DNA from: Gracilinanus agilis
Taxonomy: Eukaryota
Length of the DNA stretch: 64,000 nt
Assembly: GCF_016433145.1 (NCBI RefSeq)
Contig: NC_058131.1
Location: 199,638,463-199,702,462 of the forward strand
Direction: 5' to 3'
Positions 14,690-25,740 of the stretch are shown one piece after another. A model generated the notes under the pieces. It saw nothing but the letters and a program-made list of their open reading frames with translations. It was not told the origin of the DNA and searched no databases. Positions within the stretch are counted from its first letter, which is position 1. Each line of letters starts with the position of its first letter. The position numbers were made by a program, and so were the translations under genes.

Positions 14690-15370
14690 CAAACTTGCAA
14701 ATGGTCAAAGGTTGCAAACAAGCATTCTGGGAGAAATTAAAAGCTCTTGTTCAAATGAAAAAGTGCTCTTAATTGCTAGAGAAATGAGAATTAAAATCAT
14801 CCTGAGTCACATCATACCTATCAAAAAGTGAAACATGACAAAAAAGGATAAATATTGGAGGGGACACAGAAAAATTGGGAAACTAGTGCACTACTGGTAG
14901 GAGTCCGGACTAATACAACTATTCTGAGCACAATGTGGAACTACATCAAATCTGTAATGGACGTATGTGCAAGAGACTAAATACAGGGTGAGAAAAAGAC
15001 CCTACCTGTACAAAACATTCATGACAAAAAAGATCACAAAAAACCTGGATAGATGTTTATGAAGGGATACAGTGGATCTAGCAGAATCAGGAGAAAGCTC
15101 TGGTGCCTGTGAATGCTGTTCAAGGTAACAAGGCAAGGACACTCAAGACAACTCCAAGGGACTCATGACAAAGAAAGGAATATCTTATCAACCTAGAAGA
15201 ACCTGAATGCAAATTGAAACATACCATTCAATTTTTTTTAGTGTAAGAAACGTACCTTTTTTTCACAACAGGAACATGAATAACATTTATAACCTTTATC
15301 AACCTGACTTCTTGGGAAGGGAATAATTGTGGGAAGGGTGATGAATAACAAGAATTGTCAACGCATTTAA
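14690..15370 (+). mobile_element. Highly degraded L1 3' fragment
   Basis: Residual ORF2 C-terminal motifs. Confidence 0.6.
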
Positions 15371-15493
15371 ATTTTATCAGTTTTATAACAGAAGACAATG
15401 CTACTCTATACCTCAGAAGAAAATCACTAGGACTTTAGATTAAATGCACCCTATGCTAGGGAGCTCACTTTCCCCTGAATATATTGTGTAAAG

Positions 15494-15659
15494 CAGTGGT
15501 TCTCAAAAATTTTTTGGCCTACCACCCCCTTTCCAGAAAAAATATTACTTAGCAGCCCCTGTCACATTATTATCACTGCCCCCAAATGCACCTATTGCCA
15601 TCACAGCCCCAACTGGATTGCTGCAGCATCCACTAGGTGGCACCCACTTTGGGAATCAC
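15494..15659 (+). mobile_element. hAT MITE, same family as 57066-57258
   Basis: cagtggttctcaaa ... tttgggaatcac, with near-TSD gtgtaaag/atgtaaag. Confidence 0.85.
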
Positions 15660-16204
15660 ATGTAAAGGGAAAGCCTCCACATAATGAGGTCATTATATCA
15701 AGGATAAGAAATTGAGGTGTGGATGTATACAGGGATTCTAGGATTAAGTGATTTGCAGTATTTTGTTCTTAACCCTAATGTGGGGGGGGAGGGGGAGATG
15801 GGGATCCAGGGTGTCTAAGGTGATATTTCTGACAATTCTAACTTTGGATTGAATAGGGATTGGATAGGAGTATGTCCAACATTTGGTTATTCTATTTTGA
15901 AAGGGAAGGTTTTGATAGGCCCCTTGAAAAAAGGATATAATCTTGGTGAGGTAAGAAATCTCTTAAATAAATATGCAGTTAATTTGAAGCCAAACAGAAT
16001 TCAGAAAGGGTAAATATCCAGTTATATGTATATTTTTATATCTAAGTGGTTAGCTTACTATTAATCCTAAATTTCAGAATTCATTAATGGTTGGAACTAC
16101 TTCTTACTACAAAATCAGATCAGTAACAATTTCTAATCAATAGCTGATCCTAAACTGAATTTATTCACTGTAGTTTATACAAACTATTTTTACTATAAGA
16201 ATAA

Positions 16205-16720
16205 ATGCCAGGCCTAGAGACAGGAGGGTCCTAGGTTCTAATATGGCTTCAGACACTTCCCAACTGTGTGACCCTGGGCAAGTCACTTAACTCCAATTGC
16301 CTAGCCCATACTGCTCTTTTATCATGGAACTGATCAATACTCAGTATCCACTCTAAGACAGAAGGTAAGGGTTTATAAAAAAAAAATAAAATAAGTATTT
16401 GTTAAGTGCCTGCTGTATACCTGGTGCTATGAGTTTAACAATCTCAATAAATGCAAAGGGAAAATTTTCCTAAATAAAGGCCAGTTACTGGGGGACAGCT
16501 GGGTGGCTCTCAGTGGATTGAAAGCCAGGCCTAGAGTCAGGAGGTCTGAAGTTCAAATCTGACCTCAGACACTTCCCAGCTGTGTGACCCTGGGCAAGTC
16601 CCTTAATCCTCATTGCCTAGCCCATACCACTCTTCTGGCTTGGAGCCAATACACAGTATTGACTCCAAGACGGAAGGGTTTAAATTTTAAAAAATTAATA
16701 AAATTAAATTAAAATAAAAA
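16205..16720 (+). mobile_element. Two tandem opossum SINEs (16205-16390, 16490-16720) just beyond the RNase H1-like polyA signal
   Basis: SINE bodies with A-rich tails. Confidence 0.88.
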
Positions 16721-16768
16721 GAATTTAGTAAATGATCACTAAAAAGTCAATAGTCTGGTTGCCTTCCT

Positions 16769-16774
16769 TTTATT
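16769..16774 (-). terminator. Polyadenylation signal AATAAA of the RNase H1-like gene
   Basis: tttatt on + strand, about 160 nt downstream of the TGA stop. Confidence 0.6.
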
Positions 16775-16931
16775 TCAACTATTTAAAAGAAACAAACTAG
16801 CACAGAGAAAAATCTTTTAAGTATATGAAGAAAATGGTCAAAGCTAACCATGGAACAGCTCCAAGACAAGGAAGAAAATCTGGAGATTATATATTGCAGT
16901 TAAATTCAACACCCACAAATACTGAGCCTTC

Positions 16932-17006
16932 TCACTTTCTATAAGCTTCTCTAGCTAATTTGTGAGCTTCAGCATTGCCTCCTTTTGAACGAGCAGGAAC
17001 ATACTT
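16932..17006 (-). CDS. RNase H1-like terminal coding exon: KYVPARSKGGNAEAHKLAREAYRK*
   Basis: Acceptor tttttaacag, 75 bp including TGA. Aligns to [24 protein letters not shown]. Confidence 0.92.
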   Translation of the reverse strand, partial: KYVPARSKGGNAEAHKLAREAYRK

Positions 17007-17452
17007 CTGTTAAAAAAAAAAGTTGAAATTTAATTAATCAAGAAATTTAATTTCAACTATTCCCATACCTGTGTAAGGGAAAAACCTTAATCAGTTAGAA
17101 GGCTTAAACCAGAGGTAGCACTCACAAGACATTTTAGAAATGATCCAAATTCACCTCAATCTACCAATAGGGCATGAATGACTTTATACTAATACATAGG
17201 TTCTCTTTTGTAATGCCAAATGAGATTTTAAAACACTTGTCATGCTTTTGGGATATCCTTTACCCCCCCCCTTTTGTTACGCAATTTTTAAAACTTCCAA
17301 ATTAAAGACCATGTAAAAAGAAGAAAATTATGAATTGTATAGGGTCTACCTCAGTCTTAGGATGAAATGGGTATACAATATCCATTTTACAACAGATGAG
17401 GTTATATTGACTTAAAAGTAAGGTTAAAAATTATCTTTGACTGGATTTTTTG

Positions 17453-17673
17453 GGGGGGTCAGCTAAGTGGCTCAGTGGATTGAGCCAGGAAGACAAGTGA
17501 GGGAAATTCTAGTTTCAAATCTGATCTGTAAGAATTAAAATTTAGTTATTATACAACACTTTTTAGCTGTGTGACCCTGGGAGCAAGTCACTTAAACCCC
17601 CATTGCCTATGCCTTAGAATTAATACACAGTATTGATTCTATGATTGAAGGCAAGGTTTTTAAAAAAAAAAAA
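17453..17673 (+). mobile_element. SINE in the last intron of the RNase H1-like gene
   Basis: SINE head gggggtcagctaagtggctcagtgg with A tail. Confidence 0.8.
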
Positions 17674-17901
17674 ACCTAATTTTTTTAAAATAGCTAGGGT
17701 AAAATTCTTAAACTGGTCATTCCTAAATTTTCAAATTGCAAGATCCTATGATTTCCTGACAAATTTATGCATTGTCTTGAAAGCTTTTCACTATCCTGAG
17801 CCTCAAGCAACTTTAAAGACAGACTACACTTTGAGCTTCAATTTCTAGATGTTACCTTGGCTTGTGTTAGAAGAGGAAATTACAACAAAAAATCTCCTCA
17901 C

Positions 17902-18026
17902 CCAGTCAACATCCATGTCCCGAGTCATTTCATCCAACCTAACAAAGTGGTCTTTGTGGACAACATCCGTATTTCTACTTGTTTTCCAATCATTTTCTTT
18001 CCATTTGTTAATCCATTCATTCATTC
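17902..18026 (-). CDS. RNase H1-like exon equivalent to RNASEH1 exon 7 (basic protrusion): (G)MNEWINKWKENDWKTSRNTDVVHKDHFVRLDEMTRDMDVDW
   Basis: Acceptor aattacacag, donor gtgagg, 125 bp, phase 1 to 0. Aligns to [42 protein letters not shown]. Partly visible in ORF-track entry 17845..18075. Confidence 0.93.
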
Positions 18027-21000
18027 CTGTGTAATTAAAAAGATGTCTTACCTTATTTTTTTTCCAATTTTTCAAGGGAAAATACTATATATATTGCCAT
18101 TATTTATAACAGATTATTGCATTTCCCCCATTCCTCATTTGCTAAAGTATCCCCTTTGGTTATCATTTCATACAGATAAAAGGTATTCATGTTCTACATT
18201 GAACCTTTCCATTTCAAACTTATATCATAATAAATGTTTATCTTATATGGGTAACTTTGGTTTTCTTAGGACTAGAGTCAATCTATGGATCAAGGATATG
18301 TGGATGGGGGTCAATCCAGAGCAGGTAAGTATTTCCTGATACAGGTCCTGGTCCCTTACAAACTTAAGACTAATTCCTAATGGCAAAAGAAATCATTATG
18401 TAGTATATAGGATAGAAGCTTTTCCAATATGTTAAGACCTAGCAAAGAACATTCAATAAAAAATATTTTTTGAAACATTTTTGAAGAGCAAAGACTCTTC
18501 AAAAGTCAAAGCCTTTGGAGAAATCAAGGAGTGAAAACACTATTTGGAATTCAAACCCAGTATTCATTGCATGTAGAAGAGGTAGAACTATACTCTCCAT
18601 TTTAATGATGTAGAACACTAGTTTCAGCAAGGGCAACTAGCTGGTAACTACAAAGAAGGTTAGGACTAGAATACAGAATTCTACTCAGTCCTCAGAACAT
18701 CCTACAAGAGCAACAACTCTTATATATTACTTTTAACACTATTAATACTGAGGGGATCCTCTTTAATTTTTGAAACCTATCCCAGCAGGGGCATAGCTAT
18801 AAGGTTTGGTTATAGAAGGGTTCCCAGCATCAAACTAAGTTGCTCTATCACTGGTTATAGGTATTAGGTAATTTATTTTGGGGCTCCTTGGGCAAAAGAG
18901 GGCCCAGTTTCCAGGGTTGTAGTGAGAATATGCAACTGCTTAGTTCCTTCATTTTGTAAAGAAGGGAAACTGAATGCAAGGTACTAAATGACATCTCAAA
19001 TGTCCCAAAGCACTAAATGACAGAGGTAGAAGTCAAAGCCAACACCTTCCAAACTCATTATTCCTACCCTTGGTACCACACATTGCTACCTAGACATCCC
19101 TGGTTACATGAATGACAATACAAAAGAGAAAATAAATGGGCTAAGAACATATGACAAGCAGTTCAGATGTCCAAGTCACAGAACCAGCCTATTGGTTCCT
19201 CTAAGTCGGACAAGAACTACAGATGGAGGACGTGATAGATGGCAAACAGTAGGTTGATGGAATTACACTTGGGAAAATTTCAGTACATTTAAGGATGTAA
19301 GCTCCTCCATAGGGTGGGACAAATGCCCATAATCACAAATGTTTTCCCAGTAATTTTGTGTGGTTGATCATATGCCAAAAATGTAATAGTGAGGAAAACA
19401 ACAGATAAAGTGTGTGAGAATTTTTTGCAAAATAAAGATATGTTTGGAGTGGGAATCTGGGGAGTAAAGATGCATGCCCATACTCACTGAAATGGACAGA
19501 GTAGACCAGATAGAATGCAGCTTTTATTGCTTGTAGTACAAGGACAGTGACCCAAGGCAATGACAAGATACAATGCTCTTTAAGTCATCACCACCTGTAT
19601 TATATTTTATATTGTCTCTCCTTTTTCCCTACTTCCCCCAAGTTTCCCAGCACTTCCTGAACAAGTGGACTATTTCTCAAATTAGTTCCAGAATATACAG
19701 AAATATTCAATAAGAAACATTTTTTGTCAATGTAAGTCTCTTTACCAAGGAAAGAGTTGACTGTATTTTTCCATTGTAACTTAGGCCTTCAGGTCTTCTA
19801 GAGTCTTTATATCTTTTAACCTGGTTTCTCAGGACTCTTTAAATGTTGATTAAAGGCATTGTCAGGCTCAGTAAGAAATCACAAGGGAAGGGGAGATGTT
19901 ACGGGTAGGTCTTTCCATAAATTTTGTTGAGTGGTGGGGGTCCTGGTTCCATGTCAGCCAAAAAGGTCTTTTATGGCTTTATGACAAAGACAGGATATCT
20001 TTGAACCTCTTTCCTCCTGAAAGGCCTCAACTTCTGGGGTTTCCAGGGATACTGATCTTAAATTACTAATATTGCTCCTATTGCTATGCTAACTAATACA
20101 TTTAGAATATACCACTAATTCTCACTCTACATAACTATATAGGATAAGGCTTTGGAAGGGGCTGCATAGATGAAAAAGTACACTTACAATGATGAACCAT
20201 TTATTGAAGTGTCAAACTTTAGCAAAGCAATTTTTTCACAGCAGTTTAGAACTGCTATTAAAAGATGTGCTTATTGAAGGTGTAGGTGAACCTATTTTTC
20301 ACCTTTCTATTATCCTCCCCTGGCACAATATGAGTGCTACAGGTAACCAAGTGGAAATCAAGACTCAGGTAAGTGACTTGATCAATTTCACTATTCTATA
20401 ATGACAGTCCATTCCAGGGTTCTATCAACCAGTATCAGCCATAAGAAAATCACATTAATATTCAAGAAGGTTGGACCCTTAGAAAATATTCTTATTCCAG
20501 AGAAAGACCCTAGAATCAAGATTTAAAAAGCTGGAAAAAGTCTTAAAGAGGTTGAGTCCAACCCATTCCTCAGACTCACTTGAGTTAAGCAACTTGCCTA
20601 AGAAAAGAGTAGGAAGAACATATTTGAACCAAAGTCTGTAGACTCTAAAATCTATCAAGATCTCAAAGTACTCAAACAACTTCTCATTCTAGCCTGGCAA
20701 GCCTCATTCCCATGCACTCTTAAGTTTCTCATAAGTCTATTATCTTCCCTTTAGCATCTAAAATTTAACCATTAATCTTTCCTTGGGTCTTCCTTGGCTC
20801 TTTTTCATTGCCACTGTACCCTACCCATCCTTCCTTCCTAACCCTGACCATAACAATTTATTTTTTAAATCCTTCCTAAACCAGGGTTATATGCTATCTT
20901 TTCTTTTTGAACTAGAACCTCATTTATGTTGGTATGCCCTGAAACATAGAAAGAGATAAGGAATCTTAAATTCAAATCTCTTCAACTTATCTTCTACCAT

Positions 21001-21276
21001 TCCTCATTTTAACAGATAAGGAAATTGAGACACCAAATAGATGGTGACTTCAATGCCTAACAGCTTTCGGTCAGTAGCAGAAATAGGTCCAGGTCTCCAG
21101 ACATCCCAACCTTCTTGCCCTTCAAAAGAAATGTGATTTAAACTAGATGGTTGTCTTAAGACTTTAGTATTTCTTGTAGTTTTATCCTTTTTGCTAGGCA
21201 TTTTGGACAGTGATGAATTTCTCTTTTCTTCACTTAAATACTATAGTATGCATACCCAAAGTAGTACAAAGCTTAC

Positions 21277-21361
21277 CTTTGGTGACAAGTTGATTATCCG
21301 AGTACACAGTGACTCTTGGAAGGTTTTGGGCCTTAGCTTGCTCAATCCCCTTGGTAGCTGC
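21277..21361 (-). CDS. RNase H1-like exon equivalent to RNASEH1 exon 6: AATKGIEQAKAQNLPRVTVYSDNQLVTK(G)
   Basis: Acceptor attttttaag, donor gtaagc, 85 bp, phase 0 to 1. Aligns to [29 protein letters not shown]. Confidence 0.93.
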
Positions 21362-22740
21362 CTTAAAAAATAATTGTAAAAGGTATGAAATTTCAATTTT
21401 CACCCTTCTAATTTATAAGTAAAAAGGAATTAGGAATGCATATTGAGATACGTCTCAAGCGAGTTAAGACTAGGTACGTCCAAGAACTTTTCTAAGCTCT
21501 TAAATCTGATTCTAGGACAATTAATCCCCAGAAAACCCCTTCCAAGATGGTTGAGGTTATCCTTTATTAAGATGAGGAGTCTTATGCCATCCATACCCCA
21601 CTAATTCTGAAACCTTAAATTGTGAAACCATCAGCTTCCTTCCTCTTTCCCCATCTGTTAAAATGAGAAGAGATAAAATTTGTACAACCAATGACAAGAC
21701 TGTTGTGAATAAGTGAATATAATCATGAATAGGAAGGACCACAGGTGGAAATTACAAGTGGGCAGGTAATTCAAGTCCAATCCTAATAATACACCTTTAA
21801 AATTGCAACATGGAATAGTGTGAAGAAGTAAAGAACAGTGGAGTAGAAGTCAAGTAAGAAATCAAGAATGTTTATGGTTGTTAAAAGAATTGGAGATTTG
21901 AGTTGGAGAAAATCCCTTCCCAGGTTGTCATTAAATCAATAAGCAAAAAGTGCCTCCCCTATTTACTAGACACAATGCCAGGTGTAGTAATACCACAACC
22001 CAACCCTAAGAAGAGAATCCTGGCTCTGGAAGGGACAGGATATTATTCCTTTGGTCCTTCCCCTGCGTTTCACCTCAACCTGCATCACCCAAGAAGGATG
22101 TTCCCTGGTCCCAGCTATTTACATGATGGGATTTGCCAAGGGATCTAGGAATGTGCTAGTTCTTTACATAGTGCAAAGGAAAAAATATTCTGACAGCAAG
22201 TGGGTAATAAGGCATAGAAGAGGCAGAGCAGATGACAGACCAGATGTTTCTCAGCAACTCTAGTGGTGGTTAGAGGCAGACAACTGGAAAAGTCAGAGGG
22301 AAGTGGCAATGGAGATGGTTTGGAGGCTCCACTTGAATAGGGTTTTAGTAGTAGGGAACAGACTCAGTACTTTTAGTTATCCTTTATAATCTTAATTCCC
22401 ATTATTGTTATGCTACATTAACTATATACTTGCTATACACTAGTAGTGGGGTGGTAGGGAAACCTTAATAAGGCAATTTCAATACAAACTTACATGCTAT
22501 CAGAGGAAACATGAATATAGCAAATCAATATAAGGTAATTTGTAATGAGGAGATGTGAATTTAAGCTCTCTCTTCCTATTCCTTGGGATAAGAATTGGAA
22601 GGACATTGTCAATGGGAGGCTGTATGTTTGCAAGTTTTTTCCTTTTCCCTGGGAAGGGAGCAAGACTTTCCAAATATTTATTCCTATTCTTGGTGCCTTT
22701 CCAAATTCCCTAGATATAGAATACTTTAAAATACAAGCAT

Positions 22741-22950
22741 GGGGACAACAGCTAGGTGGCTCAGTGGATTGAGTCAGGTCTAGAGATGGGAGGGAAGTCC
22801 CGAGTTTAAATCTGCCCTAGACACCTTTTTCCTGTGTAATCCTAGCCAAGCCACTTTTAACTCCCATTACCTAGCCCTTACTCCCCACTCCCTCTCTGCC
22901 TTGAAACCAATAATACTGATTTTCCAAGACTGGTTAAGGGCTTAAAAACT
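22741..22950 (+). mobile_element. Intronic SINE
   Basis: SINE head ggggacaacagctaggtggctcagtgg. Confidence 0.8.
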
Positions 22951-23701
22951 TTAAAACCAGTAGGACAAATACACTCATGAATAAATGGCAGCTAGGTGAC
23001 AGTGAATAGAATGATGACCTTAAGAAGACCTTAAGTCATTCAAAAATCCTGCCTCAAGACACTAAAATTGTGAGACCTTGAGCAATCACTGAATCTCAAC
23101 CTCAATTTTCCTCATCCTTAAAATGTGATTAGTACTTATCTTCCACAGTTGTTGTGGGGATCAAAATAAAGACCATGAGCATAAAAAAGCAAATTGCAAT
23201 CCTATACAGAAATGCTGGCTATACATTGAACATTCCCAGACAAAACTTCCAAGACAAGTACACTGTATACAATAACAATCTGCTAAAGCAGGTTATTTTG
23301 GAGTAAACTGGCACCTCAAATCATAGTGCTGTTAACCCTCACAGAGAAAAGAATTTTGAAATCAATTTTTAATATTAAGACCTCACTGTTGTTTTTGCCT
23401 TTTAGATACAAGATAGAAGAAACTGTATAACTTGAAACTTATCAAAGGGAAAATAAAAACCTAAAATGACAAACTTCAGAATCATTTTTCTCTTCTAAAG
23501 ATCAAGACCTATTAAGATTTGGGATTTTGGTTTTAAGATTACTCTATTACAAAAATGAACATGGAAGTATTGAGTGATAATACTCAATAAAATTGCTTGT
23601 CAATCTCGAGGAGGGGAGGAAGAGAACATGAATTATGTAACCATGGAAAAACACTTAAAAAAAGAAATTTTAAAAATAAAAGATCAAGACCTGTAACTTA
23701 C

Positions 23702-23756
23702 TTCTAATGAAGCAGTTTGGTTTGTCTGCCGTCCAGAATATGTACTACTTGTGTTT
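23702..23756 (-). CDS. RNase H1-like exon equivalent to RNASEH1 exon 5: NTSSTYSGRQTNQTASLE
   Basis: Acceptor tttaaacag, donor gtaagt, 55 bp, phase 2 to 0. Contains the GRQTNQ motif of RNase H1. Confidence 0.92.
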
Positions 23757-23981
23757 CTGTTTAAAAAAATAAAAAAACACAAAAGAGCAAGACAGTGCGG
23801 ACTAGAACAATTTGGATTCTATATTGTTTAATAGCCAATACATTGGTTTCATATTTCAAGCTTTACTACTAGGAATCACCCACTCTGTAAAACAATGCAT
23901 ACCAATGGCCCTAGGTATTGTTTTAATAGCTGGCTCTCTTGTATTTGAGTCAATTACTTAGGTATGAGAACTAAATGCTAT

Positions 23982-24186
23982 AGAACAGCTGGGTGACTCT
24001 GGATTGAGAGTCAGGCCTAGAGATGGGAGGTCCTCAGTTCAAATCTGACCTCAGACACTTCCTAGCTGTGTGACCCTGGGCAAGTCATTTAACTCCCATT
24101 GCTTAGCCCTTACTGCTACTTCTGCCTTAGAACCAATACACAGTATTGATTCTAAGATGGAAGGTAAGGGTTTAAAAAAAAAAAAG
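23982..24186 (+). mobile_element. Intronic SINE1_Mdo-like SINE
   Basis: Consensus-like body and A tail. Confidence 0.88.
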
Positions 24187-24287
24187 AAATGCTATTGGTC
24201 TTCCAATTAATTCAACTGTCCTTCATTTTTTCAGTACAATGCACTGAAAAAGGATAATTTTGGAGCTTGCTTCATGACTTGTGTAGG

Positions 24288-24518
24288 AGGGGCCAATTAA
24301 AAGTGGCTCAGTGGATAGGGCCAGACCTGGAGATGAGAGGTCAGGAGTTCAAATTTGATACTCCTTGTGTTTCTGTTTAAAAAAATAAAAAAACAGATAC
24401 TTCCTGCATGTATAAGCGCCCCCTGGGCAAGTCACTTAACCCAGCCATTACCTAGCCCCCTTACCACTCCTTCTAACCATAGTGTTGAATCTAAAACAGA
24501 AACTAAAGGTTTAAAAAA
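24288..24518 (+). mobile_element. Intronic SINE carrying a 32-bp foreign insertion
   Basis: SINE body interrupted at 24364-24395 by an exact copy of 23748-23779. Confidence 0.85.
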
Positions 24519-24533
24519 TGTTTGTGTACTTAC

Positions 24534-24624
24534 AGATCATTGGCTTCTGGCCAGAAGACACCTATACCTCCTCGGGCCCCTTCTCTTCCATTATTTTTGC
24601 AAGCACCCTTGGTATATACAGGGT
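24534..24624 (-). CDS. RNase H1-like exon equivalent to RNASEH1 exon 4: (D)PVYTKGACKNNGREGARGGIGVFWPEAND(L)
   Basis: Acceptor ttttacag, donor gtaagt, 91 bp, phase 1 to phase 2. Aligns to VVVYTDGCCSSNG...RAGIGVYWGPGHPL. An alternative in-frame acceptor (cattgcag) would extend the exon to 24639. Confidence 0.88.
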
Positions 24625-25347
24625 CTGTAAAACATATTTCTGCAATGTATTACTTAAATGAGATTGTGGAAGAAAAGTTAAGTTTTTTTTGTTTGAAATC
24701 TAGCTTTGCATGAGAAGTAACCAAGATTTTTATTCCTTAGAGATTAGGCTAGTTTTAATGCTCCACTCAGGATGCCCAGGTCAGGCTCCCAACCGAAACC
24801 TTCTAGGGATTTAAATATCAAGAGCAAAAAAATGTCCAAAATTCCCGAGGTCTAAATTTTAATCTGTCTTATGGAAACCTCATTAGGTGCCAGCCAGTCA
24901 GGGGATTGCTTCCTGATTCCTTAGCTTGAATCCTAAATATTTGACTCATGGAAGGTTAGTGGGAACCTGTGACCACTGACTCTCCTCCCCACCTTTTGCT
25001 AGACTTAATAAAACTATGAAAGTCTTAAAAACTTAAGAACAAAACTCAGAAGTAAATTTTTACACCCTTTCTGCCACTCCCAAAGATAACGTTGTAGAAT
25101 AAGTGATTTTATGCTCTAAGTCCTTATTTGGGGATAGACTAAATTAAATCCTGGTGGTCCTAAATAGCCCAGAGAGGCTCTTTACATTTTTAAAGGAATC
25201 ATTTTGCAGTGTATTTAAGCTCTGGGGAGGTGGGTGGGGTGGCGATAACCTCCTCCCAAATGAAAATTCAGAGTCAAAGTATGAGTTTTTAGTTTTCTCA
25301 TGAAAAAGGCACTACACACCTGACAATGGGAAAAGTGCTCAACAAGC

Positions 25348-25740
25348 ACCGGGCTTCACAGATGGGGCTTCACGGCGGGGGGTGTGGGGGGTTCTCGCAA
25401 ACCGGCCCGCGGCCGCCCCTCCCCCATGACCACAATTAGGGCGCGTGAGGGGGGGTAACCCGCAGCCGCCTCCTCACAACTCCAAGCCAGAGCCCCAGGA
25501 ATGATGAAAGACGAGATCCAAAGCCGGCCTCTCTCACTAGCAGATAAGTAACCTAAGCTCTTGGGCTTCAAAGTTTCGTCATTGTTACGGGTATACGGAG
25601 GGGAAAAAAATAGTGTCTGACGGGGCGGTAATGAAAGAAACTACCTCGGTTGGGCACTTTGCAAACCTGCAACTGCCGCCTATTTTCTCGTATAGATCCG
25701 AGTTTTCATTGCTTAGAGCAAAGGCAGGGGATGCGGTCCA
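25348..25740 (-). promoter_or_regulatory. Small CpG island, likely promoter of the RNase H1-like gene
   Basis: 24 CpGs counted in ~390 bp of an otherwise CpG-depleted window. GC box GGGGCGG at 25622, two TGACG CRE half-sites, ~0.75 kb upstream of the first identified exon. Confidence 0.7.
25403..25427 (-). CDS. Candidate first coding exon of the RNase H1-like gene (MGEGRPRA + phase 1)
   Basis: Good Kozak context gtggtcATGG inside the CpG island. The phase-1 donor CCG|GTTTGC would join in frame to the exon at 24624, but it is a weak donor. Confidence 0.2.

Larger units (their letters stand above)
16932..24624 (-). other. Ribonuclease H1-like gene (paralogue, predicted catalytically inactive); span of the five identified coding exons
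   Basis: Joined exons translate without stop: (D)PVYTKGACKNNGREGARGGIGVFWPEANDLNTSSTYSGRQTNQTASLEAATKGIEQAKAQNLPRVTVYSDNQLVTKGMNEWINKWKENDWKTSRNTDVVHKDHFVRLDEMTRDMDVDWKYVPARSKGGNAEAHKLAREAYRK*. It is colinear with the RNase H1 catalytic domain and all introns are GT-AG. Confidence 0.93.

Noticed and set aside
443-16200. Short ORFs in the left quarter; search for PXDN exons
   Set aside because: ORFs coincide with L1/SINE/LTR fragments or low-complexity DNA; no peroxidasin-like peptide recognised
17845-17901. ORF-track extension VRRFFVVISSSNTSQGNI and an alternative donor AAG|GTAACA at 17855
   Set aside because: RNase H1 homology and the conserved intron position stop at DW|GTGAGG. The later donor would shift the last exon out of frame.
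18027-18051. Strong donor-like AAG|GTAAGA 25 nt upstream of the exon-7-equivalent acceptor
   Set aside because: A 25-nt intron is too short to splice, and the upstream sequence has no RNase H similarity
16932-24624. Calling this gene the RNASEH1 orthologue or a retroviral RNase H
   Set aside because: RNASEH1 is an essential active enzyme with an HBD, which this gene lacks along with the catalytic residues. Matching introns exclude a retroviral or retrocopy origin.
24590-24635. ATG TTT TAC (MFY) resembling the RNASEH1 internal start MFYAVRRG
   Set aside because: Out of frame with the catalytic domain, stops after 14 codons and shows no HBD similarity beyond three residues
25356-25571. 71-aa ORF across the CpG island as an RNASEH1 exon-1 homologue
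   Set aside because: TTG start, no convincing similarity to the MTS or HBD in any frame
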